Shown in pieces: positions 47,373 through 58,566 of a stretch of DNA of 64,000 bases. The translations under genes and the position numbers were made by a program. Every line of letters starts with the position of its first letter. Within the stretch, counting starts at the first letter, position 1. The stretch is taken from contig JAGGAD010000021.1 in the NCBI GenBank assembly GCA_017889625.1, positions 798 to 64,797 of the forward strand, in the 5' to 3' direction. The notes under the pieces are model-generated. The model made no database searches, was not told the DNA's origin, and saw only the letters and a list, made by a program, of their open reading frames with translations. The DNA comes from Bacillota bacterium. Its GTDB lineage: Bacteria > Bacillota > Negativicutes > Sporomusales > CTSoil-080.

Positions 47373-48344
47373 TTAGTGCAGATACATATGAATATTCTCA
47401 TAATCAATATTAGGATGGAGTGCCCGGTTAATACCTCCGGCGATAATAGCAGCAATATCCTCGATCATTCGGTCTACTTCCTTAGGCGTAACCATAAGAT
47501 CACCTAAAGCTTCTGGCAAGACTTGCCCAATAATCGCTCTACGGTCCGCCTCTAGAATATTCTCCATACTCTTAAAATACCGGGAAAAGGAAGAATATTC
47601 CTGGAGCGCATTCAACGTATCCATCGCAATAGTCGAAGCATGAACAACCGTCGGCACCCCCACCGCAACAACCGGAACCCCTAAAGATTCGCGAGTCAAC
47701 CCAAACCGCTTATTTCCGACGCCAGAGCCGGGACTAATCCCCGAATCAGCTAATTGTACAGTAGTTACAACCCGTTGACTGGAAGCTGCGGCCAACGCAT
47801 CAATAGCAATTACCAAATTAGGCCGTATTTTGCTTACCAACCCGCTGATAATCTCTAATGTTTCCATACCGGTAATCCCCAACACTCCTGGAGCTATCGC
47901 ACATACTGACCTAACTCCGCCCTTAAGTTCAGGCGACAGCATCTCCTGGATATGACGGGTGACAACCACTTTGTCCACAGCCCTAGGTCCTAGCGCATCG
48001 GGAGTAATATTCCAATTTCCCAGTCCTACCACTAAAATAGTACTATTCGGAGCAAGCTGAACCATGCCGACTAATTCCTTTGCCAAAAACTCCATAACTT
48101 TAGTCTCAAGCGGCGTATTCTTATACCTAAGTCCCCCGGCTTCAATCGTCACATAACGTCCCTGACGTTTACCCAACGCTTGCTCAGCCTCAGTGGTAGT
48201 AATGCTTACTCTGGTAATGACAACCTCGTCATCCCCCAACGTTTCAGCAATTACCCCCGGAATGTCTTCCCGTACTTGTCTAACTAAGGCCTCCCTCGCC
48301 TCCAAAGCCAAATCGGTGCGTGGCGTACTTAAACTTTGGGTCAT
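47373..48344 (-). CDS. gpr: Germination protease GPR
   Basis: 'RTDLALEARE' N-terminus and 'VVGLGNWNITPDALGP'. Full-length GPR pattern. Confidence 0.9.
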   Translation of the reverse strand: MTQSLSTPRTDLALEAREALVRQVREDIPGVIAETLGDDEVVITRVSITTTEAEQALGKRQGRYVTIEAGGLRYKNTPLETKVMEFLAKELVGMVQLAPNSTILVVGLGNWNITPDALGPRAVDKVVVTRHIQEMLSPELKGGVRSVCAIAPGVLGITGMETLEIISGLVSKIRPNLVIAIDALAAASSQRVVTTVQLADSGISPGSGVGNKRFGLTRESLGVPVVAVGVPTVVHASTIAMDTLNALQEYSSFSRYFKSMENILEADRRAIIGQVLPEALGDLMVTPKEVDRMIEDIAAIIAGGINRALHPNIDYENIHMYLH

Positions 48345-48515
48345 GAAACTTCACTCCTGTCTGACTAAATACAACTAAGCATTAAACTATGGATTATCTT
48401 AACCTATTTTTTACATCGTTATGCGGGGCATGCCAAACATGACAATTGTTGCTTGCATTTTTTTTTATGACATGCTAAAATAGTTCAGGTAACATGGTCA
48501 AAGGAGGTGAACTAT

Positions 48516-48782
48516 TTGCCAAACATTAAATCCTCAGAACGCAGCGTAAAAACCGACGCATTACGGCGCTCACAGAATTTGTCGACTAAATCGGCGGTAA
48601 GAACTGCAACTCGTAAAGTTACTACAACTATCGATGCCGGAAACGCTGATGAAGCAAAAACCCTCCTGACCAAAGCCAGCAGCGTTATTGACAAAGCAGT
48701 CGCCAAAGGCGTTCTTCATAAAAATGCCGCGGCTCGGAAAAAATCCCGTCTGGCCAAGAAAATTAACAAGGCTAATGCTTAA
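48516..48782 (+). CDS. rpsT: 30S ribosomal protein S20
   Basis: 'PNIKSSERSVKT...R...KS..RT..RK' sequence. TTG start 6 nt after AAGGAGGTGA. Confidence 0.9.
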   Translation: MPNIKSSERSVKTDALRRSQNLSTKSAVRTATRKVTTTIDAGNADEAKTLLTKASSVIDKAVAKGVLHKNAAARKKSRLAKKINKANA

Positions 48783-48820
48783 TAGGAACTAGCTTGCCGG
48801 ACGGTACGGCGAGTAACACT

Positions 48821-48860
48821 AGCGACAAAGCGTCCTATCTCGACTCTTTGTCGCTTTTTT
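48821..48860 (+). terminator. rpsT intrinsic terminator
   Basis: AGCGACAAAG / CTTTGTCGCT stem followed by TTTTT. Confidence 0.7.
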
Positions 48861-48866
48861 GTGTTT

Positions 48867-48902
48867 AAAAAGGGGCTGTGTAAAAACACAGCCCCTTTTT
48901 TT
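48867..48902. terminator. Bidirectional terminator (serves holA)
   Basis: AAAAAGGGGCTGTG-taaaaa-CACAGCCCCTTTTT. Confidence 0.7.
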
Positions 48903-48915
48903 ATACGCAAACCAC

Positions 48916-49947
48916 TTACCGGCATATATCAATAATTATCTGCTCTAAAATAAAATTATCCGCCTGTCCCGACTTTAATTTGCGATCCGCTTCAGCGATC
49001 GTGACCAACGTAGCCGCTAATTTAGCACCAGTAAACCCCCTGCTTAGCTCTACAATTTTTCCTCCGATAAACGATGGCAGGCCAAGTTCTTCGGCTATAT
49101 AGCTACTAGACCGGCCTTGCATTGACAGCTCCCACGCCTCCCACATCATCCGTACCTGACGGGCTAGCAAGGCCAAAATTTTCAAGGCGCTTTCACCAGC
49201 AACAAGTTGTTCTTCCAACAATTCGAGCGCCAAAGCAAGCTGTTTTCGGCTTACCGCATCAATCACTTTAAACACCGAAATTTCCGGTACAGCCGCCATA
49301 ATACTGGTAACTTCGTTCCGACTAATCACCCTACCTTTGCTATACAACGCAATCTTTTCCATTTCCCCATGGAGAAACCCCAATGAAACCTGCGACATAA
49401 GACTTACCGCCTCTAACACATACTCCATCGCATCCGGAGCCATTTTTTTCCCAAGCTCGTCCAATTCAGCTACAAGCCAAGGCCGTATTTCTCTGGGCTT
49501 TAGCGGGCTAAAATCAACCACCGCACCGTACTTTTCTACCGCTTTATATAGTTTTCGCCGTTTATCAGCCTTTTCAGTAGTAACAAATATTACATAGCTG
49601 TACTCAGGCATGTTCCCCAACAGATTAATAATCCGCTCACTACCATTATCCAGAGCTCCCTCAGCAGCTTCCCTCTTCCGCCCACTCTTAAACAACTGGG
49701 TTCCCCGAATCACAATAACATTTTTGCCGCCCATAAATGGCACAGTTTCGATCATACCAGCAATTTCTCCAAACGCTGGGTCATGCTCCATCACTACCAA
49801 ACTAAAATCCCGTTCTTCAAGGGTTAAAAGAGCATTAACAACTTCATTTTCAACTTGCTTTATTAAAAAAGGTTCTTCGCCAGTCAACAAATACACTTGC
49901 CGAATGTGGCCTTTTTTTATTTCCAGCAAAATCTGCTTATAATCCAT
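48916..49947 (-). CDS. holA: DNA polymerase III delta subunit
   Basis: HolA-like N-terminus ('YLL.GEE.FL') and length. Conserved position next to comEC. Start set to the ATG at 49947. Confidence 0.85.
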   Translation of the reverse strand: MDYKQILLEIKKGHIRQVYLLTGEEPFLIKQVENEVVNALLTLEERDFSLVVMEHDPAFGEIAGMIETVPFMGGKNVIVIRGTQLFKSGRKREAAEGALDNGSERIINLLGNMPEYSYVIFVTTEKADKRRKLYKAVEKYGAVVDFSPLKPREIRPWLVAELDELGKKMAPDAMEYVLEAVSLMSQVSLGFLHGEMEKIALYSKGRVISRNEVTSIMAAVPEISVFKVIDAVSRKQLALALELLEEQLVAGESALKILALLARQVRMMWEAWELSMQGRSSSYIAEELGLPSFIGGKIVELSRGFTGAKLAATLVTIAEADRKLKSGQADNFILEQIIIDICR

Positions 49948-49999
49948 GAACGCCTCCATATGCTGAATCGATAATAACTTAAATGCTGATATCTATCAT

Positions 50000-52375
50000 T
50001 CAATTTTCAAAATTAAACTTAGCTTGCTCCTGTTTAAACGTCGTAACCGACAGGCTCGTACCATTCGTTGTAAACACTACAGCTCCATCATCGTCGGTAC
50101 GTAAAATCTTAATCTGTTGTTGACTAAGCCGCTCTAAGGTTTCCTTATGAGGATGACCAAAATTGTTATGCCCTACTGATATAATAGCAAACTGCGGCGA
50201 AAATTCCTTTAAAAATTGCGCTGTACTTGAGGTTTTTGCTCCATGATGCGCTACTTTAAGCACAGTACCGGTGCCTAGTCCATGCCTAAGCATTGCCCGC
50301 TCCCCTTCAGCGCCGACATCGCCGGTTATAAGAAAACTATGTCGACCATAACACACTAAAATGACATTTGAACGCTCATTTTCCTGCTCTATCGAACCGC
50401 CACCGTCGGTATGTACCATCTTGAAGGTTACTCCATCTAAACTAATGGTCTGCCCGGAAACTGCAGTTATTACTTGACTGGCAGGAGATACCTTCATAAG
50501 CGCTTTTATTGCGGCACTGTCATCCCCGGCTGGCATAACAATATGCCGAACTGGCACAGCCGCTGCCACCCCAGCCGCACCCCCAGCATGATCCTGATGG
50601 CCATGTGTCAAAATAAGATAATCCACTCTGGTTACACCATAATGGTGTAAATATGGTACTACTACACGCTCACCAATGTCAAATACATCATTATTACTCC
50701 CGCCGCAATCCACTAACACAGAGTACCCATGCGGAGTAATAATAAGCGATGAATCCCCCTGCCCTACATCAATAAAATGGACAGCGACAGGACGCGGATA
50801 ATATAAATAAATAAACCCACCAATAATAATTGCCAGGACCCCAACCGTAGCTTTTGTCGGCCATCGCGCTAAAACTTGCAGCAGCGTAGGGACTCGGGGC
50901 GGCAAATAACCATAAATCCAAGCCAAAATTAAATAATAACCTGCCCCAAACATTCCCCCCATCGTCGGTAAATAGACCCGACTAAACGGCAACAGCGCAA
51001 TAAGAGCCGTCATTTTAGTCGCTGTCCCTAGTAATAGGGCACACCCAACTAACAGTATCTTTCCTCCAAGCGGCCAAACTGCCGCACCGATAATTCCTAA
51101 TAGCCCTACAACCACTACCATTTCAATGATTGGCAGCACCAGCAAATTAGCAATAAAGGAGCTAACCGGAAAAGCATTGAAATACCAAGCAACCACAGGC
51201 AGTACTCCCAGTTCTGCCGCCCAAGTTACAGCGGCGGCACTCCGCAAGCAACACGGCAAAAAGCTCAGGGTTTCTTTCGTTTTAGCATAAAATAAAATTA
51301 GACCACCACTAGCGCCAAACGACAACTCAAAACTGATATCAAATAACAGCGCCGGCTGGTAAATTAGCATACCCAAGGCCGCTATCACTATCGCCTGAAA
51401 AGCGTTATTATCACGTCTTAGTCCAATTGCCGCCAGCGCAGTCAGCCCCATAATGACCGACCTCACCACTGGGGCAGTAAGCCCCGCAAATACCGCATAG
51501 CCCGCCAAGGCAACAGCACTAATCAACGCCGTTTTCCCCGTGCCAAGGCCAAGCATCCCGCCCAGCCAAGCTACTACTCCGGCTACCAAAGCGATATGCG
51601 TTCCCGACACCGATAAAATATGAACCAGCCCCGTAACAGAAAAATCCTGCACCACTTGCCGATTAATACCAATATAGCCGCCAAACAACACCCCGTTTAA
51701 AATAGCGGCATCACTCTCACTCATTGCCTGATTAATACCTGCCGCAGCCCGCTGTCGTCCCTGGGAAATTATCGCTTGCCAACCACCGTTTTTAACCGAG
51801 CAAATAGTAAAATGCCCCTTTCTAGCATTTAATTTGGCAGTTATACCCCGAAGCCGCATTGAGGCTATATTGTCCACCTGACCAGGATTTTTTAGACCGT
51901 TAATCGGGGCTATTTCACCAGTCACCTGCACCCTATCGCCATAGGCAGCCACTCGTTCATTACCAGCCTGGCGAAACGTTACCATAAGATTACCGACCGC
52001 CGGATGACTGTTATCACTGCCATCCACGACTTGATCTATACCCACAACGTATTTCACAACTACTTGACCATCAGCCTCATAACACTGTGGCAATTCGGTC
52101 ACCATACCTTGTACCGTGATCACGCGACCGCCCCACCGACTGATATCAATAGCCGAAATTTGCTCCACATGAATAAATCGAATCATCCCTGCAATAAAAA
52201 ACAACCCTAAAACCAGCGGCAAAACATACCTTGACCCTCGCCATACCGCATAGCCAGCAGCACCAAAAAGCACTACTATTAAAACATACAATGGCATAAG
52301 GGCTATTGCTAATACTTTAGCCAGCCATATCCCCGCTGCAAAACAAATAACTACCCCAAACATTGCTTTAGGCAT
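50000..52375 (-). CDS. comEC: DNA internalisation competence protein ComEC/Rec2
   Basis: OB/DUF4131 N-terminus, polytopic competence domain and a C-terminal MBL domain (HGHQDHAGG). Confidence 0.9.
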   Translation of the reverse strand: MPKAMFGVVICFAAGIWLAKVLAIALMPLYVLIVVLFGAAGYAVWRGSRYVLPLVLGLFFIAGMIRFIHVEQISAIDISRWGGRVITVQGMVTELPQCYEADGQVVVKYVVGIDQVVDGSDNSHPAVGNLMVTFRQAGNERVAAYGDRVQVTGEIAPINGLKNPGQVDNIASMRLRGITAKLNARKGHFTICSVKNGGWQAIISQGRQRAAAGINQAMSESDAAILNGVLFGGYIGINRQVVQDFSVTGLVHILSVSGTHIALVAGVVAWLGGMLGLGTGKTALISAVALAGYAVFAGLTAPVVRSVIMGLTALAAIGLRRDNNAFQAIVIAALGMLIYQPALLFDISFELSFGASGGLILFYAKTKETLSFLPCCLRSAAAVTWAAELGVLPVVAWYFNAFPVSSFIANLLVLPIIEMVVVVGLLGIIGAAVWPLGGKILLVGCALLLGTATKMTALIALLPFSRVYLPTMGGMFGAGYYLILAWIYGYLPPRVPTLLQVLARWPTKATVGVLAIIIGGFIYLYYPRPVAVHFIDVGQGDSSLIITPHGYSVLVDCGGSNNDVFDIGERVVVPYLHHYGVTRVDYLILTHGHQDHAGGAAGVAAAVPVRHIVMPAGDDSAAIKALMKVSPASQVITAVSGQTISLDGVTFKMVHTDGGGSIEQENERSNVILVCYGRHSFLITGDVGAEGERAMLRHGLGTGTVLKVAHHGAKTSSTAQFLKEFSPQFAIISVGHNNFGHPHKETLERLSQQQIKILRTDDDGAVVFTTNGTSLSVTTFKQEQAKFNFEN

Positions 52376-52431
52376 AAACCATCTAGCTCTCCCAACTTAA
52401 GCTAAGATATTCTACCTTTTTTATTAATTAT

Positions 52432-52800
52432 TTACCGTACCAACTTGCTCTCTATCTTCTTAAACTTGGCACTACTAATTCCTGGAACGCGTGTTAAATC
52501 GGAAATGTTATGAAAAGGACCGTTAACCTTGCGAAATTCCACGATTCGCCCTGCAAGCACCGGTCCAATCCCCGGCAGTTTATCCAATTCATCCTTATCA
52601 GCGCTATTAATATTCACCTTACCACTACCTGCGTTAGTGGCATCAACCATACTATTATTTGACGGCTCATAAATTGGAGTACTCACAACATCTTCTACCG
52701 TACTCTTTTGCCATTGACCATAAAAACTTCCCACTATAATTAGCCCGGCTAAAATAAGAATGAGCACCCAACGCCGTTTAATGACATCTATCTTGCTCAC
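52432..52800 (-). CDS. comEA: Competence protein ComEA (helix-hairpin-helix DNA receptor)
   Basis: TM anchor plus 'VNINSA....L..LPGIGPVLA.RIV.FR..NGPF'. The start is uncertain: GTG 52800 is proposed, and the track ORF extends to 52887 without an SD. Confidence 0.7.
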   Translation of the reverse strand: MSKIDVIKRRWVLILILAGLIIVGSFYGQWQKSTVEDVVSTPIYEPSNNSMVDATNAGSGKVNINSADKDELDKLPGIGPVLAGRIVEFRKVNGPFHNISDLTRVPGISSAKFKKIESKLVR

Positions 52801-52908
52801 CTCCCAGTTTAAGCTAACAAATTCTCTATTTATTTCCAATTTCCTATAATTCTTAATTGCATTTGCAAAAAAAATAAGCCGGCACAATACCGGCTCATTA
52901 CCCTGTTG

Positions 52909-55392
52909 TTACTTAACAACGATATTTACTAATTTTTGTGGTACCGAAATTACTTTAACCACCGTTTTACCCGCTAACAATTCTTTAACCTTTTCTTGTT
53001 CAAACGCTTTACTTTCCAATTCAGTGGCGTTTAAGCCCACCGGTACAATGATTTTATCCCGCACCTTGCCATTAATCTGGAGAACTATTTCCACCTCATC
53101 TACTTTAACAGCCTCAAGATCAACTTCCGGCCATGCTTGCTCATGCACACTGCCTTCAGCAATAACCTCATGCCACAGTTCTTCCGTAATATGCGGCGCA
53201 AACGGCGCTAAAAGCCTTAACAGGCCTGACACAACTTCCCGGATTAAACCAGGCTGAGCATTCGCATCTGCTTCTTTAAACGCATATAGAGCATTGACAA
53301 GTTCCATAATAGAGCTTATTGCAGTATTAAAACTAAACCGTTCGCCAACCGCGTCCGACACTTTACCAATAGTAACATGCAGTGCCCGGCGCAACTCCCG
53401 CCCGTTCTTATCCAAACTGTTAACATCATATTTAGCCGGAGCATTAACCAAGCTGTCCGCATAATGCCCTACGATACGCCATAGCCGACCCAAGAAACGA
53501 TACGCGCCCTCTACACCTTGGTCACTCCACTCAAGATCGCGCTCCGGCGGTGCGGCAAACAAAATAAACACCCGAGCAGTATCCGCGCCGTACTTAGCAA
53601 TAATCTCTTCCGGCGATACAACATTCCCTTTTGATTTAGACATCTTCGAACCATCTTTAATTACCATACCTTGAGTAAGCAGATTCTTGAACGGCTCGCC
53701 AATATTAATCAGCCCGGCATCCTTAAGTACCTTGGTAAAAAATCGCGCATACAAAAGATGAAGTATTGCATGCTCAACCCCGCCGATATACTGATCGACT
53801 GGCATCCAATAATTTGCCTTCACTGAATCAAAGGGCTGCGATGTATTCCGGGGATCCGTATACCGGAAATAGTACCATGAAGAGCATATAAATGTATCCA
53901 TGGTGTCAGTCTCTCGCCTTGCGGCCCCACCACATTTAGGGCAAGTGCAATTAACGAACTCTTCTACTTTAGCTAAAGGCGAAACTGAACCTGTCTCAAA
54001 ACTAATATTCTGCGGCAAAGTAACCGGTAAATCAGTCTTAGGAACAGGAACAACCCCACACTTATCGCAATAAATCATCGGAATCGGCGCACCCCAGTAC
54101 CGCTGACGAGAAACCAGCCAATCCCTCAACCGATAGTTAACCCGCCGTTGACCGATACCGCGTTGTTCCAGCCAGGTGCAAATTGCATTTTTTCCAGCCT
54201 GATTATCCATTTCACTAAACTCACCAGAATTAACCATTTTACCAGGGCCATCATAAGCCTCGGTCATAGTATCAGTTGCCAATTCACCATTTGGCGCTTG
54301 AATAACTAACCGTTTCGGCAAACTGTATTTTACCGCAAACTCCCAGTCCCTCTGGTCATGCGCCGGCACACCCATAACTGCGCCGGTGCCGTATTCGACA
54401 AGAACATAATTAGCAACCCAAATAGGAACTTGCTCACCATTGAACGGATTAACCGCATAAGCTCCTGTAAATACCCCCTCTTTCTCAGTCTCTGAGGAAG
54501 TCCGGCTTATCTCACTCATATTTCTGACCCGATCAACAAAAGCTCGCACTGCCGCTTGCTCAGCTTTTCCGGCAATAAGCTTTTCCACCAACGGATGTTC
54601 CGGAGCTAACACCACATAACTAACCCCAAAAACAGTGTCTTGGCGAGTAGTATAAACCGATATTTTTTCTGAAATTTCCGGTACATCAAAGCTGAACTCA
54701 GCTCCAGTGCTCCGGCCAATCCAGTTTTCCTGCATGGTCTTTACCCGATCCGGCCAGCCCTTTAGGTCTTTAAGATCTTCTAACAGCCGATCAGCATATT
54801 GGGTTATTTTAAAGAACCATTGTTCAAGTTCCTTTTTAACTACAATAGAATCACACCGCCAGCAACATCCGTCTACTACCTGCTCATTTGCCAGTACGGT
54901 ATTACACTCATTACACCAGTTAACCGTTGCTTTTTTCTTATAGGCCAGACCTTTTTCATAAAACAAGAGAAACATCCATTGCGTCCATTTATAGTACTCA
55001 ACATGACAAGTAGCAATCTCACGATCCCAATCATATGACAATCCCAATTGATGTTGCTGCCGCCGCATGTTGGCAATATTCTCCCACGTCCAGTCGGCAG
55101 GATTAACCCCATGCTTAATTGCCGCATTCTCAGCAGGCATACCAAAAGCATCCCACCCCATTGGGTGCAGTACGTTATACCCTTGCATCTTTTTATATCT
55201 AGCGACAACATCACCAATAGAATAATTACGAACATGTCCCATATGCAAATTGCCGGAAGGATAGGGGAACATTTCCAGCACATAGTACTCAGGACGCTGG
55301 CGATTTACCTCGGTACTAAACGCCTGCTCTTTAGCCCAATTTTTTTGCCATTTCGCCTCAACTTCACTTGGAATATACTTTTCATTAATCAA
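52909..55392 (-). CDS. leuS: Leucyl-tRNA synthetase
   Basis: '[11 protein letters not shown]' (HIGH) and 'KMSKSKGN' (KMSKS) motifs; 827 aa; TTG start. Confidence 0.95.
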   Translation of the reverse strand: MINEKYIPSEVEAKWQKNWAKEQAFSTEVNRQRPEYYVLEMFPYPSGNLHMGHVRNYSIGDVVARYKKMQGYNVLHPMGWDAFGMPAENAAIKHGVNPADWTWENIANMRRQQHQLGLSYDWDREIATCHVEYYKWTQWMFLLFYEKGLAYKKKATVNWCNECNTVLANEQVVDGCCWRCDSIVVKKELEQWFFKITQYADRLLEDLKDLKGWPDRVKTMQENWIGRSTGAEFSFDVPEISEKISVYTTRQDTVFGVSYVVLAPEHPLVEKLIAGKAEQAAVRAFVDRVRNMSEISRTSSETEKEGVFTGAYAVNPFNGEQVPIWVANYVLVEYGTGAVMGVPAHDQRDWEFAVKYSLPKRLVIQAPNGELATDTMTEAYDGPGKMVNSGEFSEMDNQAGKNAICTWLEQRGIGQRRVNYRLRDWLVSRQRYWGAPIPMIYCDKCGVVPVPKTDLPVTLPQNISFETGSVSPLAKVEEFVNCTCPKCGGAARRETDTMDTFICSSWYYFRYTDPRNTSQPFDSVKANYWMPVDQYIGGVEHAILHLLYARFFTKVLKDAGLINIGEPFKNLLTQGMVIKDGSKMSKSKGNVVSPEEIIAKYGADTARVFILFAAPPERDLEWSDQGVEGAYRFLGRLWRIVGHYADSLVNAPAKYDVNSLDKNGRELRRALHVTIGKVSDAVGERFSFNTAISSIMELVNALYAFKEADANAQPGLIREVVSGLLRLLAPFAPHITEELWHEVIAEGSVHEQAWPEVDLEAVKVDEVEIVLQINGKVRDKIIVPVGLNATELESKAFEQEKVKELLAGKTVVKVISVPQKLVNIVVK

Positions 55393-55527
55393 CTAAAATG
55401 CCCCCCATACTGCTCTTCAAATTAAGAAAAGACTCGACTTGCGCCAGTCCGTTGGACGCAGGCGAAAGCCCAGTCATTCTATGCGTTCATAATCAACACT
55501 TTTATAGACCATATAATTATCAGAACT

Positions 55528-55557
55528 ATTATATAGCAAAAATTTAATAAAAGTCAA
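55528..55557 (-). promoter_or_regulatory. Sigma-A promoter of leuS
   Basis: The minus strand reads TTGACT-N18-TATAAT (or N16-TATATA), about 135 nt upstream of the start. Confidence 0.5.
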
Positions 55558-55683
55558 CTTTATCCACCTTAATTGCCAAATTCACCTTGTATTTGGAACC
55601 TTTGCTACCTTTTCCATATTAGTACAAAGGTTGTTCTAAAACCATTGCTTAAATGCATAAATTTTGGAGTGAGGAGGTGCATT

Positions 55684-56088
55684 ATGTATAAACTAATTAT
55701 CGGTAACGTAAGAATTTCGGTTTTCGATGAAAACGTCAGCCACGAACAGGCTGCTATTATGGCTCGGCAAGCCATTCAGGAAGCTCATCATCACGGCAAA
55801 GTGCTTAGCCATATTGAAATTACCAACGGTGAATACGGCCCAGAAGTCAATACTACTGAAAAAACCGGTTATCGTGCGACAATTAGAAAGTCTATTAAAC
55901 AGAGCCTATTAGACGGCATCTATGCCGCCGCTCACGAAAAACTTTATCCCTCCAATGCTTATAGCAGTCCAAATACCTGGTTTGATACTGATACGGGCCA
56001 AGAATGGTACGGTGAAACAGTCGACGTCGCTAGAGATGAAATCATGCAAGAATTAGAAAAATGGCAAAAATCTCTTAGCACCCCATAA
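55684..56088 (+). CDS. Hypothetical protein (134 aa)
   Basis: GAGGAGGTG SD before the ATG at 55684 (the track ORF starts earlier without an SD). A strong terminator follows. Confidence 0.55.
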   Translation: MYKLIIGNVRISVFDENVSHEQAAIMARQAIQEAHHHGKVLSHIEITNGEYGPEVNTTEKTGYRATIRKSIKQSLLDGIYAAAHEKLYPSNAYSSPNTWFDTDTGQEWYGETVDVARDEIMQELEKWQKSLSTP

Positions 56089-56125
56089 ACCTTGTCCCAA
56101 CACCAACCTATACTATTTTGTAAAA

Positions 56126-56160
56126 AGCCCGCACTGTCAAACCTGCAGTGCGGACTTTTG
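56126..56160 (+). terminator. Intrinsic terminator
   Basis: CCGCACTG / CAGTGCGG core stem followed by CTTTTG. Confidence 0.7.
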
Positions 56161-56262
56161 TACTTATCCGCCATATTTCAGGCCAACATTGAAATAATTT
56201 GCTGCAATTTACAAAATGCCATATAATAGAAGCATTATTGTTAACTACAGGAGGCTATTCTT

Positions 56263-57174
56263 ATGCGGTTTAAAACCAATCTATTACTATTACTCGCAGC
56301 AATTATCTGGGGTTTTGCCTTTGTCGCCCAACGCGTAGGAATGGATCATATCCAGCCCTTTACATTTAGTGGCATTCGATTCATTTTAGGCAGTCTTTCT
56401 TTACTACCGCTTATTTTCTATTTTAAAGCTAATTCACCAACAACAAACAAGGCTGGTGTTCATGTAAAGCCGGCTCTGAAAGCCGGTCTTTTAGCTGGTG
56501 CGGTGCTATTTCTAGGAGCCTCGTTCCAACAATGCGGACTTGTCTATACAACCGCCGGGAAATCAGCCTTCATTACTTGCCTGTATATTATTCTTGTCCC
56601 CATCTTCAGCATCTTTCTTAAACATCGTATTACTGCCAAAACTTGGCTAAGTTCCTTAATTGCCATCACCGGCTTGTACCTTTTGTGCATAAAAACCGGC
56701 TTACAAATATCCTACGGCGATTTGCTTACCCTTGGCGGAGCTTTTTTTTGGACAATCCACATTCTGCTCATTGACCATTTCTCTCAAAAAGTTGATGCTT
56801 TAAAACTTGCGTGCATTCAATTTATCACCTGCGGTGTCCTTAGCCTGCTAGCTGCGGTTATCACCGAAAAAATAACCGTCGAAGGCATCACCCAAGCCGG
56901 TATCCCCCTGCTATTTGGCGGTATTTGTTCAGTAGGCATTGCCTACACCATCCAAATTATCGGGCAAAAACACGCTGCTCCGACGCATGCCGCTATTATT
57001 CTCAGTATGGAGTCAGTTTTTGCAGCGATTGGCGGTTACTTGATTTTAAGCGAACACTTGACCATTCAAGAACTAGCAGGCTGCATCTTTATGTTTATTG
57101 GTATGCTAATTTCCCAACTTCAGGGCACAAGACCACAAGATCCAATGACTCTCAGTCCCAAACCAACCAAATAA
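56263..57174 (+). CDS. DMT-superfamily (EamA) transporter
   Basis: Ten predicted TM helices in two EamA repeats. AGGAGG SD. Confidence 0.85.
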   Translation: MRFKTNLLLLLAAIIWGFAFVAQRVGMDHIQPFTFSGIRFILGSLSLLPLIFYFKANSPTTNKAGVHVKPALKAGLLAGAVLFLGASFQQCGLVYTTAGKSAFITCLYIILVPIFSIFLKHRITAKTWLSSLIAITGLYLLCIKTGLQISYGDLLTLGGAFFWTIHILLIDHFSQKVDALKLACIQFITCGVLSLLAAVITEKITVEGITQAGIPLLFGGICSVGIAYTIQIIGQKHAAPTHAAIILSMESVFAAIGGYLILSEHLTIQELAGCIFMFIGMLISQLQGTRPQDPMTLSPKPTK

Positions 57175-57236
57175 ATTCACCTGAAATTTATTCTAACTAT
57201 TAAATCCACTTTTATACAAAAAAACATATGAAACCA

Positions 57237-58334
57237 TTATGATTCATTCTTTACCCGCCCAACAGACACTATATTAATAAAAGCATCAACCAGCGATGGA
57301 TCAAACTTCCGGCCTTTTTCGGCTCGTAGTACAGCCAAAGTAGCCTTAACATCCATTTTATCAATTCCCGACCGTCCGGCGGTCATTGCTTCAAACGCAT
57401 CTACTACCGCGATAATCCTTGACCCAAGCGGGATTTCAGTTCCGCGCATCCCCGCCGGGTACCCTTGACCATCAAACCGTTCGTGATGGTGCCTGACAAG
57501 TATAGCAATATCACGAAAATTCTCAATACTGCTTAAAATATCTGCTCCCATCCCGGAATGGTCCTTTATATTATTATAGTGTTCATCAGTCAGTAAATTG
57601 CCCATATCTAATAAATTACCAGAAGTCATAGTCTTACCAATATCACGTAACAGCGCTGCTGTAGCAATAAGCTTGACCTCCGTTTCCGCTACTCCCGCTT
57701 CCCTGGCCAAATCCTGAGCCAGATCACTCACCACTTCTGAATGGCCGTGACAATAAGGATCTTTCATTTCAAACATATTTACCAGGATTTTAATAATCCT
57801 TAAATAATCTTCTTCTCTTTGAGCGATCTCAAGCAAACGCTCAGACACATCAAAGAGAAACTCAACAACATAACCGCCATTAATCCCAATTACGGGAATA
57901 ATAAGCCTATCGGCATATCTTCTTTCACCGTCAGGCAAAACACAGACTTCGGTTTGAGTCACTGGATAGGCGCATTTACCTTCATCTGCCAATACATTAT
58001 AATTAGTTTTAGCCCCGGAAAAACCAAACAACTCGAAAAGTTCTTTTTCACCATAAACTTCAGTCTCTCCAGTTCTTCCCGTTACCGCAAACCCACAAGA
58101 TATTTGTCGCCACGCATAATCATATATTGCAATTTTCTTCCCGGCCACCAGCAAAGCATGTTTAAGATATACTGAATACATAATCAACGTTGCCAAAACT
58201 AGTAACAATATAATATAGCCTACTATTTTAAACTCTTCGCTTCGCACTAAGGCCGTTAAGAAGTTATCAATGACCAACGTAACCACCAACAAAAGTCCGA
58301 AAGAAATAACCATCGGCCCATATCCGCCCCTCAT
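57237..58334 (-). CDS. Membrane-anchored HD-GYP domain protein (putative c-di-GMP phosphodiesterase)
   Basis: Two N-terminal TM helices, an unassigned ~110-aa middle domain, then 'HGHSE...LRDIGK...HHERFDGQGYP'. Confidence 0.8.
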   Translation of the reverse strand: MRGGYGPMVISFGLLLVVTLVIDNFLTALVRSEEFKIVGYIILLLVLATLIMYSVYLKHALLVAGKKIAIYDYAWRQISCGFAVTGRTGETEVYGEKELFELFGFSGAKTNYNVLADEGKCAYPVTQTEVCVLPDGERRYADRLIIPVIGINGGYVVEFLFDVSERLLEIAQREEDYLRIIKILVNMFEMKDPYCHGHSEVVSDLAQDLAREAGVAETEVKLIATAALLRDIGKTMTSGNLLDMGNLLTDEHYNNIKDHSGMGADILSSIENFRDIAILVRHHHERFDGQGYPAGMRGTEIPLGSRIIAVVDAFEAMTAGRSGIDKMDVKATLAVLRAEKGRKFDPSLVDAFINIVSVGRVKNES

Positions 58335-58566
58335 TAAAACACCTCCTTCATTTTTAAAATTTCTATTATATATTATGTTTACTAGATTTAAATGTTCCTT
58401 ACAACAACGGGCAGCAATTCTTGCTTTTGACTAAGTCGCACTAGAATCATTATTTTGTTATAATTTGACACAGTACTATCTTAATATATCGTTTTACTTA
58501 CTGAAGTTCTTAACCTATTGATTAAATTTCGAAATAAAAACACATCCTTAACGGAAGGAATGTCAC

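Noticed and set aside
55393-55683. T-box riboswitch upstream of leuS
   Set aside because: The conserved T-box sequence and specifier-loop architecture were not found by eye, and the promoter leaves only about 135 nt of leader. It is kept as an open question in the findings rather than called as a feature.
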